Both the position numbers and the translations under genes were made by a program. 64,000 nucleotides of DNA from Escherichia phage phi456. How positions within the stretch are numbered: the stretch's first letter is position 1; the number at the start of each line of letters is the position of its first letter. Location: sequence record OR339795, one strand, 5' to 3'. Shown here piece after piece: positions 1 through 8,774 of the stretch. The notes beneath the pieces were generated by a model. It ran no database searches. It was not told the origin of the DNA and saw only the letters and a list, made by a program, of their open reading frames with translations.

Positions 1-24
1 GTAAAAGCATCCTTGCTCCTTAAT

Positions 25-636
25 TCAAAGAGAAAAGCTAAAGCCCAGAAGGGAAGCCAAAGAACTTGAGGATTGGTTAAACGTGCTGTGCAATGCGAAG
101 GTCATTGGGAATGACTTAAATTCAGTAACCTGATCTCGCGCATAGGTGACATCGCCGGTAGTGACCGGGAATACCGTCATCTCATTTTCCAGTTTGGTTA
201 AGCCGGAAGACAGCAACCGATAAATACGCACATTGAGCAAATATTTAGACGGTATATTCCCGGTACCGTCCGGATTGATCACCCGACTTTTTGCCGTCTT
301 AAACCAGTCCAAAACGAGGCCATCAACGGTATCCCTGACCATCATTGTTATCTGCCCAGGCGAACGCTCCGTTGGTTGAAGGATATTCCCTCCGCCGATT
401 TTAATCGTTTCATATTCGATGCTGTAATCGTGGTAGGTAATGTCTTTGGCAAAGAAGTCTGCCCCCTCCAGTCCATCAACTTCGACAGAGAACTGCCATC
501 CTTGCGCGAACAGCATTTTGTTCATGATGATTGACGTCAGCTTACCAACTTCCCGCTCACCAACGCCGGAGCCAAATAATGTCGTCGTTAATGCCGAAGA
601 TACATAAGACTTTACTGAAGCAACATTAAGCCCCAT
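25..636 (-). CDS. hypothetical phage protein, possibly a tail component
   Basis: 203-aa ORF ending the minus-strand gene run left of immI; no motif recognised. Confidence 0.3.
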   Translation of the reverse strand: MGLNVASVKSYVSSALTTTLFGSGVGEREVGKLTSIIMNKMLFAQGWQFSVEVDGLEGADFFAKDITYHDYSIEYETIKIGGGNILQPTERSPGQITMMVRDTVDGLVLDWFKTAKSRVINPDGTGNIPSKYLLNVRIYRLLSSGLTKLENEMTVFPVTTGDVTYARDQVTEFKSFPMTFALHSTFNQSSSSLASLLGFSFSL

Positions 637-646
637 ATCAGCCCCC

Positions 647-1252
<606 letters not shown>

Positions 1253-1293
1253 AGTTGTCATTTGTGACAGTATGCTCGCAATCGTAGTGATTA

Positions 1294-1833
1294 CTACCAC
1301 CAACTGCTAGCTTTCTTCTCTCTAGCTTTTCCTTCGCTTTGCAGTAAATCTTTACTTCCTGTAGAAATATTTCTATTTGCATCAGCCTCAGACTGAATTA
1401 CATCTGTCTTAGCTGCTCTCTCCTTCAACTCCTGCTCTATAAAATCGTTTTCTCGCTGGACACGAGCCGCTTTTGCTTGCAGTTCGAGCTTCATGCTTTC
1501 GAGTTGCAGCTTGCGAAGCTCATCCTCATAAGCTTGATCTCGCTTCTTGTCATTTGCTAGCTCGGCTTCTCGTTTCGCTCTACGTTCATTTTCTGCAGCA
1601 ACACGCTGTTTTTCGCGTGCAGCAGCGGCAGATGCTGCTTTTTCTCTTCTAATACGTTCAGCTTGTGCTTGTTGGCGAATAAGTTCTTTTCTGGCATCCT
1701 CAGCTTGCTGCTCTTTAGCTCGCCCTTCATTTTCCGCTTGAGCAATAGCAGCAATTTGACTTTGCAACGAGTTAGCCAAGGCAGTGCCTACACTAAACGT
1801 AGAAAAGATTAGAAATAAAATAATTTTATTCAT
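1294..1833 (-). CDS. secreted coiled-coil protein with TolA-like K/E/A/R-rich helical region
   Basis: N-terminal signal-peptide-like segment MNKIILFLIFSTFSVGTALA followed by a long charged helical repeat region. Confidence 0.5.
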   Translation of the reverse strand: MNKIILFLIFSTFSVGTALANSLQSQIAAIAQAENEGRAKEQQAEDARKELIRQQAQAERIRREKAASAAAAREKQRVAAENERRAKREAELANDKKRDQAYEDELRKLQLESMKLELQAKAARVQRENDFIEQELKERAAKTDVIQSEADANRNISTGSKDLLQSEGKAREKKASSWW

Positions 1834-1836
1834 AAA

Positions 1837-2358
1837 TTATTTCTTTTCTGGACAAGTAGCATTTGGCTGAATTCGAGTTTCATTATCTTTAGTTGAAATA
1901 AGCACAGCAAGCCCCGTTGTAAACTGGCATGCTTTACCAACTTGAGTTGAAGTGAACACCTTAGTTCCTTCTTTATAAGTCAGTGAAACACCTTCAACAA
2001 TTGTTTTATCACTAACCAAAGAACCAGCCGCTGCACCAAGAGCCGCACCACCAGTACCGCCAGCTACAGCACCCAGTGTCGATGTGCCTTTAACATTATA
2101 ACCGGCAACGCCCCCAGCAACAGCTCCCAGTACCGCACCAAATGTCTGTGCCGCTTCTTTATTAGCTTTATTATCAACTTTCACTTTAGCTGGAAGCACA
2201 GAGATAATATTGACTGTCTTTGTTTCCTGCTTCGAATTCAATTGAGCGGTATCATAAACATCGGCAGCATAATCAGCACCGCTAGATTGACACCCAGAAA
2301 GAAGAATTGCAGATACAACAAGAGCGCATAAAGTATACTTTTTAGACATAAGAATCAT
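1837..2358 (-). CDS. lipoprotein with glycine-zipper domain
   Basis: Lipobox LLSGC after a hydrophobic N-terminus; GxxxG/AxxxG-rich segment GAVLGAVAGGVAG...GAVAGGTGGAALGAAAG. Confidence 0.55.
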   Translation of the reverse strand: MILMSKKYTLCALVVSAILLSGCQSSGADYAADVYDTAQLNSKQETKTVNIISVLPAKVKVDNKANKEAAQTFGAVLGAVAGGVAGYNVKGTSTLGAVAGGTGGAALGAAAGSLVSDKTIVEGVSLTYKEGTKVFTSTQVGKACQFTTGLAVLISTKDNETRIQPNATCPEKK

Positions 2359-2639
2359 CCCAGAAAAACAAAAACCGGCGAGAAGTTACCACGAGAACGG
2401 AAAGTAAACAAGAATACTCCCATTGACTTATATCAATTAATCAACTTTTTATAAGCTATCCCTAACTTATTGTGTATAGCTGAAAAGTCAGAGACAAGTT
2501 CACCATCTGCATTATTTCTTAAGTTAATAGTTTATTGCTAACTTAATTTATGCATCGACTATTGATATCCATCTTAAAGTTACAATATCCCTCTGCATTA
2601 TTTTTCATCACAAATAATATATCTATTGCACGACACTAA

Positions 2640-2656
2640 TCTGCTCTAATAAATTT
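2640..2656 (+). promoter_or_regulatory. C1 repressor operator-like site (Op51-like) upstream of immI
   Basis: tgctctaataaattt matches 15/17 of the P1 C1 operator consensus ATTGCTCTAATAAATTT. Confidence 0.6.
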
Positions 2657-2825
2657 GTATTTTTAAGTCGCGAATGCTATCTTTTCGCATCATATTGACC
2701 TTTTAATCGTTCAGGCTTATAGTTTCGCCGTCGTAGCAAATTCTGCGACCGGGTTTAGCAGCCTGAATGATTGTGCGGACAGCCGCAGATATCCGATATT
2801 GCGGTATTTTTGTGTCCGTAAAACC

Positions 2826-2905
2826 GCGTTACGCCCAAATTATGGTGGGGCGTGATGGGGAGGCTTCGGCCTGCTGGTTTCACAATCGCCAGTCTGCTAA
2901 CCCCG
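2826..2905 (+). ncRNA. c4: candidate c4-like antisense RNA region of immI
   Basis: Position between Op51-like site and icd; stem cgccc/gggcg (2832-2852) and aggc-UUCG-gcct tetraloop hairpin (2861-2872); boundaries not determined. Confidence 0.25.
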
Positions 2906-2970
2906 TCACGTCCTGCCACCTGTTTAGCAGCGGGTAGCAGGTTGTTAAACCTGATTGTGAGGCCGTAACT

Positions 2971-3192
2971 ATGGTTAATGCCAATCCTTGCGCACGCCAA
3001 GAATTCATCTGGCGTTTCTATTCCTGCAAAAAACACCACTATCACTTCGTCATCGCAGCAACAGAAGACGAAGCACGCTCTCAATTGCCTGATGGCCCCT
3101 GCATTTTTACTGCCCGTTTTTCAACTAACTCGCGCAATTCACTTAGTTACTGGAACCTCCCCTTCTCTGCCGACGTTCAGGGGGGTTTATGA
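2971..3192 (+). CDS. icd: Icd-like small protein of immI
   Basis: 73-aa ORF whose stop overlaps the ant start (ATGA), as in P1 icd-ant. Confidence 0.55.
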   Translation: MVNANPCARQEFIWRFYSCKKHHYHFVIAATEDEARSQLPDGPCIFTARFSTNSRNSLSYWNLPFSADVQGGL

Positions 3193-4223
3193 AAAAACCT
3201 CTCGTCACCCGTAATGAAATAGCCGAAGCGATCGCCCTGCATACAACCTGTATGCCGACACGGGAGATCCCCGGCGCAATTGCTAACTATTTCATGATAA
3301 CCAGACGTTTTTATACCCGAACAGATAAGGCTGTGATCAGCAGGCTACTGATAGCCGAGATCAGGGATTATTTGATTGAACAAGGACGTCTACGTTACGC
3401 AACAGTGGCAGCAGAAATGAGAAAGGAGGCACATAGAATGACCGGTAATAATTTAAATGTTGAAAAACCAGCACCTGTTGCTTCAGCTACGCCAGCACCA
3501 GCCCTGAATGTCATCTCCAACACCGGAGACACAATCGACAGCCAAACATTGTTGAAGATGGTCAATGAGGCACGGAAATTATGTAGCGAAAAACCAGTTC
3601 GCAACAATGATTTCATTGCCAGAGTTAAGGATGAGCTTGAAGGAGAAACCTACGAAATTTTCGTAGGTCAAAAAAACGGCGCAGAAATAGATATTATAAC
3701 CATGACCTACAAACAAGCCCTGCGAGTTGCCGCGCGCGAGTCAAAAGCGGTCCGCCGTTCGCTGATCGACAAACTGGAAGAATTACAGCAGGCAAACTCC
3801 CCTACCCCATCGATCCCCCAGACATTACCAGAAGCCCTACGCCTGGCTGCCGAGTTAGCAGAACAGAAAATGCAGTTGGAACAACAGCTGGTGGCCGCAG
3901 CCCCTAAAGTCGATTTTGCCGACCGGGTATCAGTGGCCAATGGAATCCTGATCGGGAACTTTGCAAAGGTCGTTGGACTTAAGCAAAACGCCCTTTTCTC
4001 ATGGTTGCGCCAGAACGGCATTCTCATGGCTTTTGGAGCGCGCAAAAACGTACCGCGCCAACAGTACATCAACGCCGGGTATTTCACGGTGAAAGAGGTG
4101 GTGCTGGATGATGAAAATGGCTACCAGATACGGCTGACGCCCCAATTAACGGGTAAAGGCCAGCAGTGGTTAACTCGCAAGCTACTTGATGCTGGTTTGT
4201 TAAAACCAGTAGCAATAGGTTAA
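3189..4223 (+). CDS. ant1: antirepressor Ant1 (ANT/KilA-C C-terminal domain)
   Basis: 344 aa; C-terminal PKVDFADRVS...GNFAKVVGLKQN...GYFTVKE motif of phage antirepressor C-domain; immI synteny. Confidence 0.7.
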   Translation: MKKPLVTRNEIAEAIALHTTCMPTREIPGAIANYFMITRRFYTRTDKAVISRLLIAEIRDYLIEQGRLRYATVAAEMRKEAHRMTGNNLNVEKPAPVASATPAPALNVISNTGDTIDSQTLLKMVNEARKLCSEKPVRNNDFIARVKDELEGETYEIFVGQKNGAEIDIITMTYKQALRVAARESKAVRRSLIDKLEELQQANSPTPSIPQTLPEALRLAAELAEQKMQLEQQLVAAAPKVDFADRVSVANGILIGNFAKVVGLKQNALFSWLRQNGILMAFGARKNVPRQQYINAGYFTVKEVVLDDENGYQIRLTPQLTGKGQQWLTRKLLDAGLLKPVAIG

Positions 4224-4234
4224 CAAAAGAAAAA

Positions 4235-4261
4235 ACCTGCCAGCTAACTGGCAGGTTTCTG
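4235..4261 (+). terminator. rho-independent terminator after ant
   Basis: Hairpin acctgccag-ctaa-ctggcaggt followed by tttct. Confidence 0.55.
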
Positions 4262-4300
4262 AGCAGATCGTCCAACCCGATCTGGATCGAGTCAGAAAAA

Positions 4301-4317
4301 TTTGCTCTAATAAATTT
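4301..4317 (+). promoter_or_regulatory. C1 operator-like site (Op53-like) in front of kilA-repL
   Basis: tttgctctaataaattt, 16/17 match to the C1 operator consensus, about 70 bp upstream of kilA. Confidence 0.65.
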
Positions 4318-4386
4318 CGTTTTCTAAGTGCAAAGAATCACCATTTCGAGCTGGTGATTGAAGGTTGATGCAAATTTGGAGAAAAA

Positions 4387-5187
4387 ATGCAACAAACATT
4401 CAATGCGGATATGAATATATCAAACCTTCATCAAAATGTCGATCCTTCAACCACTCTGCCCGTTATTTGTGGTGTTGAAATTACGACCGACCGCGCTGGC
4501 CGTTACAACCTTAATGCTCTACACAGAGCGAGCGGACTCGGTGCCCATAAAGCGCCAGCTCAATGGCTAAGAACGCTGTCAGCTAAACAGCTCATCGAAG
4601 AGCTTGAAAAAGAAACTATGCAGAATTGCATAGTTTCGTTCGAAGGCCGTGGCGGCGGCACTTTTGCCCATGAATTGCTCGCTGTGGAGTACGCAGGCTG
4701 GATTTCTCCCGCGTTTCGGCTGAAGGTAAACCAGACATTTATCGACTATCGAGCTGGAAGATTACAACCTGCTATTCCGCAGAGTCTCCCTGAAGCTCTC
4801 CGTTTGGCTGCCGACCTGGCAGAGCAAAAGCAACGGCTGGAGCAAAAAATGCTTATGGATGCACCTAAAGTCGAATTCGCCGAACGCGTTGCTACCGCCA
4901 GCGGGGTTCTAATCGGCAACTATGCCAAAGTGCTCGGCCTGGGCCAAAACTATCTCTTCACTTGGTTGCGTGATAACGGAATTCTGATCGCAACCGGTGA
5001 ACGCAGGAACGTCCCCAAACAAGAATACATATCCCGTGGGTACTTCACCCTCAAAGAAACCGTGATCGATACAAGCAATGGAAGCAGGATTTCTTTCACG
5101 ACTCGTATAACCGGTAAAGGTCAGCAGTGGCTTATGAAGCGATTGCTTGATGCTGGTGTGCTGGTACCTGTCGCGGCAACGCGCTAA
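4387..5187 (+). CDS. kilA: KilA (KilA-N domain plus ANT C-domain)
   Basis: 266 aa; C-terminal ANT-like domain; sits directly upstream of a RepL-sized ORF, as in the P1 lytic replicon. Confidence 0.65.
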   Translation: MQQTFNADMNISNLHQNVDPSTTLPVICGVEITTDRAGRYNLNALHRASGLGAHKAPAQWLRTLSAKQLIEELEKETMQNCIVSFEGRGGGTFAHELLAVEYAGWISPAFRLKVNQTFIDYRAGRLQPAIPQSLPEALRLAADLAEQKQRLEQKMLMDAPKVEFAERVATASGVLIGNYAKVLGLGQNYLFTWLRDNGILIATGERRNVPKQEYISRGYFTLKETVIDTSNGSRISFTTRITGKGQQWLMKRLLDAGVLVPVAATR

Positions 5188-5216
5188 CAAACGTAGTAAG
5201 AACCACCAGCATTGTA

Positions 5217-6062
5217 ATGCTGGCTAAAGTCACTTTCCTGAGCTGTATAACGATGAGCGATTTTACTTTTTCTGGCTATGAATTGGCCTGCTTTGTAACA
5301 CACTCCGGTCTATCCCGTAGCGCCGGGCATATCCTGTCGCAATGTGCAAATCTCGCGGCAACAACCAGTGAATACTTCATTCACAAGCCTCACCGCCTGA
5401 TCGCGGCAGAAACTGGTTATAGCCAATCAACCGTCGTTCGTGCATTCCGTGAAGCTGTAAACAAAGGAATTCTGTCTGTAGAGATTGTTATCGGCGATCA
5501 CCGTGAACGTCGCGCTAACCTGTACCGGTTTACACCATCATTTTTGGCCTTCGCACAACAAGCCAAAAATGCGCTGATTGAAAGCAAATTAAAGATCTCT
5601 TCAGCGGCAACCAAGGTTAAAGCTGTTCTCGCTAAGACATTGGCTTTATTTAATTTTTTATCCACACCCCCATGTCAAAATGATACCCCCTCCCCCTGTC
5701 AGGATGACGTGGCAATAAAGAATAAGAAGTCACAAGTTAAAAAAACAGAAAGATCAGTTTCCGGCGGTGCCGGAACGACCAGACTCAAAAAATTGACTTC
5801 ATGGATCGCTGAGGCAAAAGCAAAGGCTGACAATCTGCGGTTATCCAAAAAACGCGCTCAAAAACATGAGTTCAAGCAGAAAGTAGAGGCGACAGCGCGG
5901 AAATATGCTTACCTGAAGAACAAGCGTTCTCCTGATATTGGCGGGGTATCAAACTTCGATAATCTGCCGCATTGCATGACGGTAAACGAAGCTCTTAATG
6001 CGGTTTTAGCCAAAAATAAAGATAACGAACAATGGGGTATACCGGCAGGATTCAGAGGGTGA
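5217..6062 (+). CDS. repL: lytic replication protein RepL
   Basis: 281-aa ORF immediately after kilA; size and position as P1 repL. Confidence 0.65.
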   Translation: MLAKVTFLSCITMSDFTFSGYELACFVTHSGLSRSAGHILSQCANLAATTSEYFIHKPHRLIAAETGYSQSTVVRAFREAVNKGILSVEIVIGDHRERRANLYRFTPSFLAFAQQAKNALIESKLKISSAATKVKAVLAKTLALFNFLSTPPCQNDTPSPCQDDVAIKNKKSQVKKTERSVSGGAGTTRLKKLTSWIAEAKAKADNLRLSKKRAQKHEFKQKVEATARKYAYLKNKRSPDIGGVSNFDNLPHCMTVNEALNAVLAKNKDNEQWGIPAGFRG

Positions 6063-6112
6063 TAGATTGCTCTAATCTGGAGTCACCTGGCGTTTTCAGT
6101 TTGAGGTCGGAG

Positions 6113-6358
6113 ATGCAATCTGATTTTTTACAGTTAGCGATCGCTTTTGCAGGATATGTTTGTATTGGCTTCTGTGTATACATGATCAGCCGAAAAATGC
6201 TTGTCGATATCGACCGCAAAGAACAAGCAGAGGAGATCTTAGTATGGATTTTCTTTGGCGCGGTCTGGCCATTAGGGATCATGTTTGCTGCAACATTTCT
6301 TCTGATGTGGATATTCACCCTTCCAGGTGATTTCTATAGAAAAAAAGCCAGACATTGA
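6113..6358 (+). CDS. small membrane protein
   Basis: ATG at 6113 with GAGG RBS; two hydrophobic helices; the longer ORF 6032-6358 probably over-extends the N-terminus. Confidence 0.4.
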   Translation: MQSDFLQLAIAFAGYVCIGFCVYMISRKMLVDIDRKEQAEEILVWIFFGAVWPLGIMFAATFLLMWIFTLPGDFYRKKARH

Positions 6359-6439
6359 TACAATCGTTGCGGGTGCTTGAGGCTATCTGCTTCAGGCATT
6401 ACCCGAAAAGCAGATAGAAGAAAGCCCCAGATAACATTA

Positions 6440-6510
6440 CGCGTCCTGCAAGACGCTTAACATTAATCTGAGGCAATATCTATGCTTAGCATACGTAGAT
6501 TAGCCTCTTA
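6440..6510 (-). ncRNA. sok: candidate Sok-like antisense RNA
   Basis: Placed by analogy to hok/sok loci, antisense to the mok start region; boundaries unverified. Confidence 0.3.
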
Positions 6511-6688
6511 CCGACCAAAAGGTCAAGGAGAAGCAGGCTATGAAGCAGCAAAAAGCGATGTTAATCGCTCTGATCGTCATCTGTTTAACCGTCATTGTGA
6601 CGGCACTGGTAACGAGGAAAGACCTCTGCGAGGTACGAATCCGAACCGGCCAGACGGAGGTCACTGTCTTCACAGCCTACGAATCTGA
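6482..6688 (+). CDS. mok: Mok-like reading frame overlapping hok
   Basis: 68-aa ORF overlapping the hok frame in a different register. Confidence 0.5.
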   Translation: MLSIRRLASYRPKGQGEAGYEAAKSDVNRSDRHLFNRHCDGTGNEERPLRGTNPNRPDGGHCLHSLRI

Positions 6689-6695
6689 AAGGTAA
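6540..6695 (+). CDS. hok: Hok/Gef-family membrane toxin
   Basis: 51 aa MKQQKAMLIALIVICLTVIVTALVTRKDLCEVRIRTGQTEVTVFTAYESER; resembles Hok (hydrophobic helix, RK.LCE.R motif, AYES C-terminus); below the ORF-track length cut-off. Confidence 0.75.
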   Translation: MKQQKAMLIALIVICLTVIVTALVTRKDLCEVRIRTGQTEVTVFTAYESER

Positions 6696-6770
6696 GAGAC
6701 CTGGCGGGGAGAGATCCTCGCCACTCTTCGTGTGTCAGGTATCCTCAATGCACCCTTTCCTCTCCAAATA

Positions 6771-6797
6771 AAAAAGCTCCCGAAGGAGCTTTAAAAT
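6771..6797. terminator. bidirectional-type terminator hairpin
   Basis: agctcccgaaggagct hairpin flanked by A-run and T-rich sequence; ends the minus-strand structural operon and the hok transcript. Confidence 0.6.
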
Positions 6798-6811
6798 ACA
6801 AGGGATGACTC

Positions 6812-7321
6812 TTAATCCCACTCAATCCAGTTGTAGACGATACGAAGTGACGGGCGCACAGCGGCAGTCACATCTTCGGTACTAAAGTCGATTGCATCAC
6901 TGTAGATTTTGCAGTCCAACATTTCAATTGTTGTAGCAGCTTTTGTCACAGCGTTAACCCCGGAAGATTTGGATTCAGGGGTAGCAGCCATCGTGATATC
7001 AACATAGTCCTTCGCCGCAATGCGATCCTTGATGAACTGAAGAATATCGCCTTCGATAGTCTCCACGCACTGGACCTGGATTTCCCCAGAGTTTCGAATT
7101 GGTCCGTGCTGGTTGAACTTCACACCATTCGGACCATAGTCCTCCACATCCTCGCGGGTCATTTCAGGAATTTGCGACGTGCGAACCAGTACGCTGATAT
7201 CTTCATGGCCTGCAAAAGTGAGCTGGAATTCAGAAGATACCAGTCGTTCGCCTTTGGCCGCGTTGGCAGTATAGCGGCCCTTAATAAATTTACGGTTTCC
7301 CTTAGTGTTATTGTGCCCCAT
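6812..7321 (-). CDS. phage virion structural protein (tail tube or baseplate class)
   Basis: 169-aa ORF at the end of the structural operon; family not resolved. Confidence 0.4.
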   Translation of the reverse strand: MGHNNTKGNRKFIKGRYTANAAKGERLVSSEFQLTFAGHEDISVLVRTSQIPEMTREDVEDYGPNGVKFNQHGPIRNSGEIQVQCVETIEGDILQFIKDRIAAKDYVDITMAATPESKSSGVNAVTKAATTIEMLDCKIYSDAIDFSTEDVTAAVRPSLRIVYNWIEWD

Positions 7322-7332
7322 ATAAAATCCTT

Positions 7333-7914
7333 TTACTGGAACGCCCGAACAATATCGGAGCTGTTATATATCGAAGAACCGGTCAACTGGAGGTTGACGG
7401 TGTTTTTCAGGAAATGCCCATTGCTGTCCCTGGGCGCATCGAGATCGAAACTTATGTCCTGGATAGCGACATCAATGATGTTGATCCGGCGACCAATGTT
7501 TAGCGTCACACGCTCCGGGATTCGACCACCAATACTGGCATCTTTAAGTTCCGGGCTAATCATCGCTGACAATGCGGCGATAGCGCCTGAAACTTCAATG
7601 AATGGATTGTTCAAAGCAATGAAAGTTACAGGCAGCGTGAACGTCGGCGGAGTCCCCCCTTCCCAAACCATTAAGCTATTCCAACGGGCAACCGACGTTG
7701 TTTCAGTACCTACTTGCACAAAACCACCCAGAGCACCAGAAACAGATCCCATGGACATACCGGTAAACGGCGCTTCCCAATTCTGGGCCATGTTCATTGC
7801 CGCTCCCTGGCTGATATATCCGGTAACCTGGTACTGAGAGTTCGTTAAAGTAACTTTCAGATATGGCGATACACCGTCAGCCTGGCTGTAAACCCCATAA
7901 GCTATAGGAGCCAT
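7333..7914 (-). CDS. phage virion structural protein (tail-associated)
   Basis: 193-aa ORF, tightly packed in the structural operon. Confidence 0.4.
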   Translation of the reverse strand: MAPIAYGVYSQADGVSPYLKVTLTNSQYQVTGYISQGAAMNMAQNWEAPFTGMSMGSVSGALGGFVQVGTETTSVARWNSLMVWEGGTPPTFTLPVTFIALNNPFIEVSGAIAALSAMISPELKDASIGGRIPERVTLNIGRRINIIDVAIQDISFDLDAPRDSNGHFLKNTVNLQLTGSSIYNSSDIVRAFQ

Positions 7915-7949
7915 TCAAGTTAAAGGCCGGAGTTCTCCGGCCTCCTCCT

Positions 7950-8765
7950 TTAGCCAAGGCGCTTACGGCGCAGTTTCATTGACTTTTTGCGGGCAAGTTT
8001 TGCCGCGCCGGTCTGGGCTTTTCGACGCGCTTTTTTCAGCGCCGATTTTTGAGCCGCAGTCAGACGTTTTTTACGCAGGCGTTTACGGATGAGTTTGATC
8101 TCACCGTTACGAACAACCTTCTTAAATGCTTCAGTCAGCATTTCATCAGAAGTGCCAGCAACAACAAACGCCGCTTCCAGTTCGTCGCGGTCGTCGCTAT
8201 CTAAACCAGCGATAGAGGCACCAACATCAGCAGCTGCGTCGTCGTCTTCATCGTCAGCCAGTGCTTCGATCAGGTCATCATCTACACCGCATGCTGCGAG
8301 GAAGTCAGCAACATTTGCCCATGCTTCGTTATAGGCATCGTCCTGTTCTTCTGTAACTTCGGAGTCGTCGTCATCAGAGATACCAGCGATAGCCTGAACG
8401 AAACCATCAAGGGAGTCGAAAGTCAGATCACCGCTATCAGCCCAGGCGAAAACGGCGTCGGCCGCATCACTCAACGCATTCTGCATAGCACTTCGATTTG
8501 CAGCTTCCAGAATCATCTGGTGCGCCTGTTCGACGGTCCATTCTTTACCGTCTTTCTCTTCCAGGATTTGCTCAGGAGCCGTGGCAGATGGAGCGTTATC
8601 GTTAGTCTGTGCCGCCGGTTCCGGATTATTATTAATAACCGGATCTGTTGTCGGTTCGGCGCTTGCTCGGGCAGACTCCATCAACTGCACAGGATCAGAG
8701 TTCAAAGCGAAACGAGACAGTCCATTCCCCAAAAATGCCCCGGATTGAAAAAAGTTTTTGCTCAT
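7950..8765 (-). CDS. acidic protein with strongly basic C-terminal tail, virion-associated candidate
   Basis: 271 aa with D/E-rich blocks and a C-terminal RKRLRKKRL...KLRRKRLG tail. Confidence 0.35.
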   Translation of the reverse strand: MSKNFFQSGAFLGNGLSRFALNSDPVQLMESARASAEPTTDPVINNNPEPAAQTNDNAPSATAPEQILEEKDGKEWTVEQAHQMILEAANRSAMQNALSDAADAVFAWADSGDLTFDSLDGFVQAIAGISDDDDSEVTEEQDDAYNEAWANVADFLAACGVDDDLIEALADDEDDDAAADVGASIAGLDSDDRDELEAAFVVAGTSDEMLTEAFKKVVRNGEIKLIRKRLRKKRLTAAQKSALKKARRKAQTGAAKLARKKSMKLRRKRLG

Positions 8766-8774
8766 TGTATTTCC

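Larger units (their letters stand above)
6371..6797 (+). other. hok/mok/sok-type type I toxin-antitoxin locus
   Basis: mRNA 5' end-like ggtgcttgaggctatctgcttcagg with stem ctatctgctt/aagcagatag; overlapping mok and hok frames; 3' hairpin. Confidence 0.7.

Noticed and set aside
2755-3084. 109-aa minus-strand ORF overlapping icd and the c4 region
   Set aside because: Antisense to a compact regulatory region and the icd frame; no RBS or motif
6061-6080. gatagattgctctaatctgg as an additional C1 operator
   Set aside because: Only the ATTGCTCTAAT core matches (11/17) and it lies inside the repL 3' end; too weak to call
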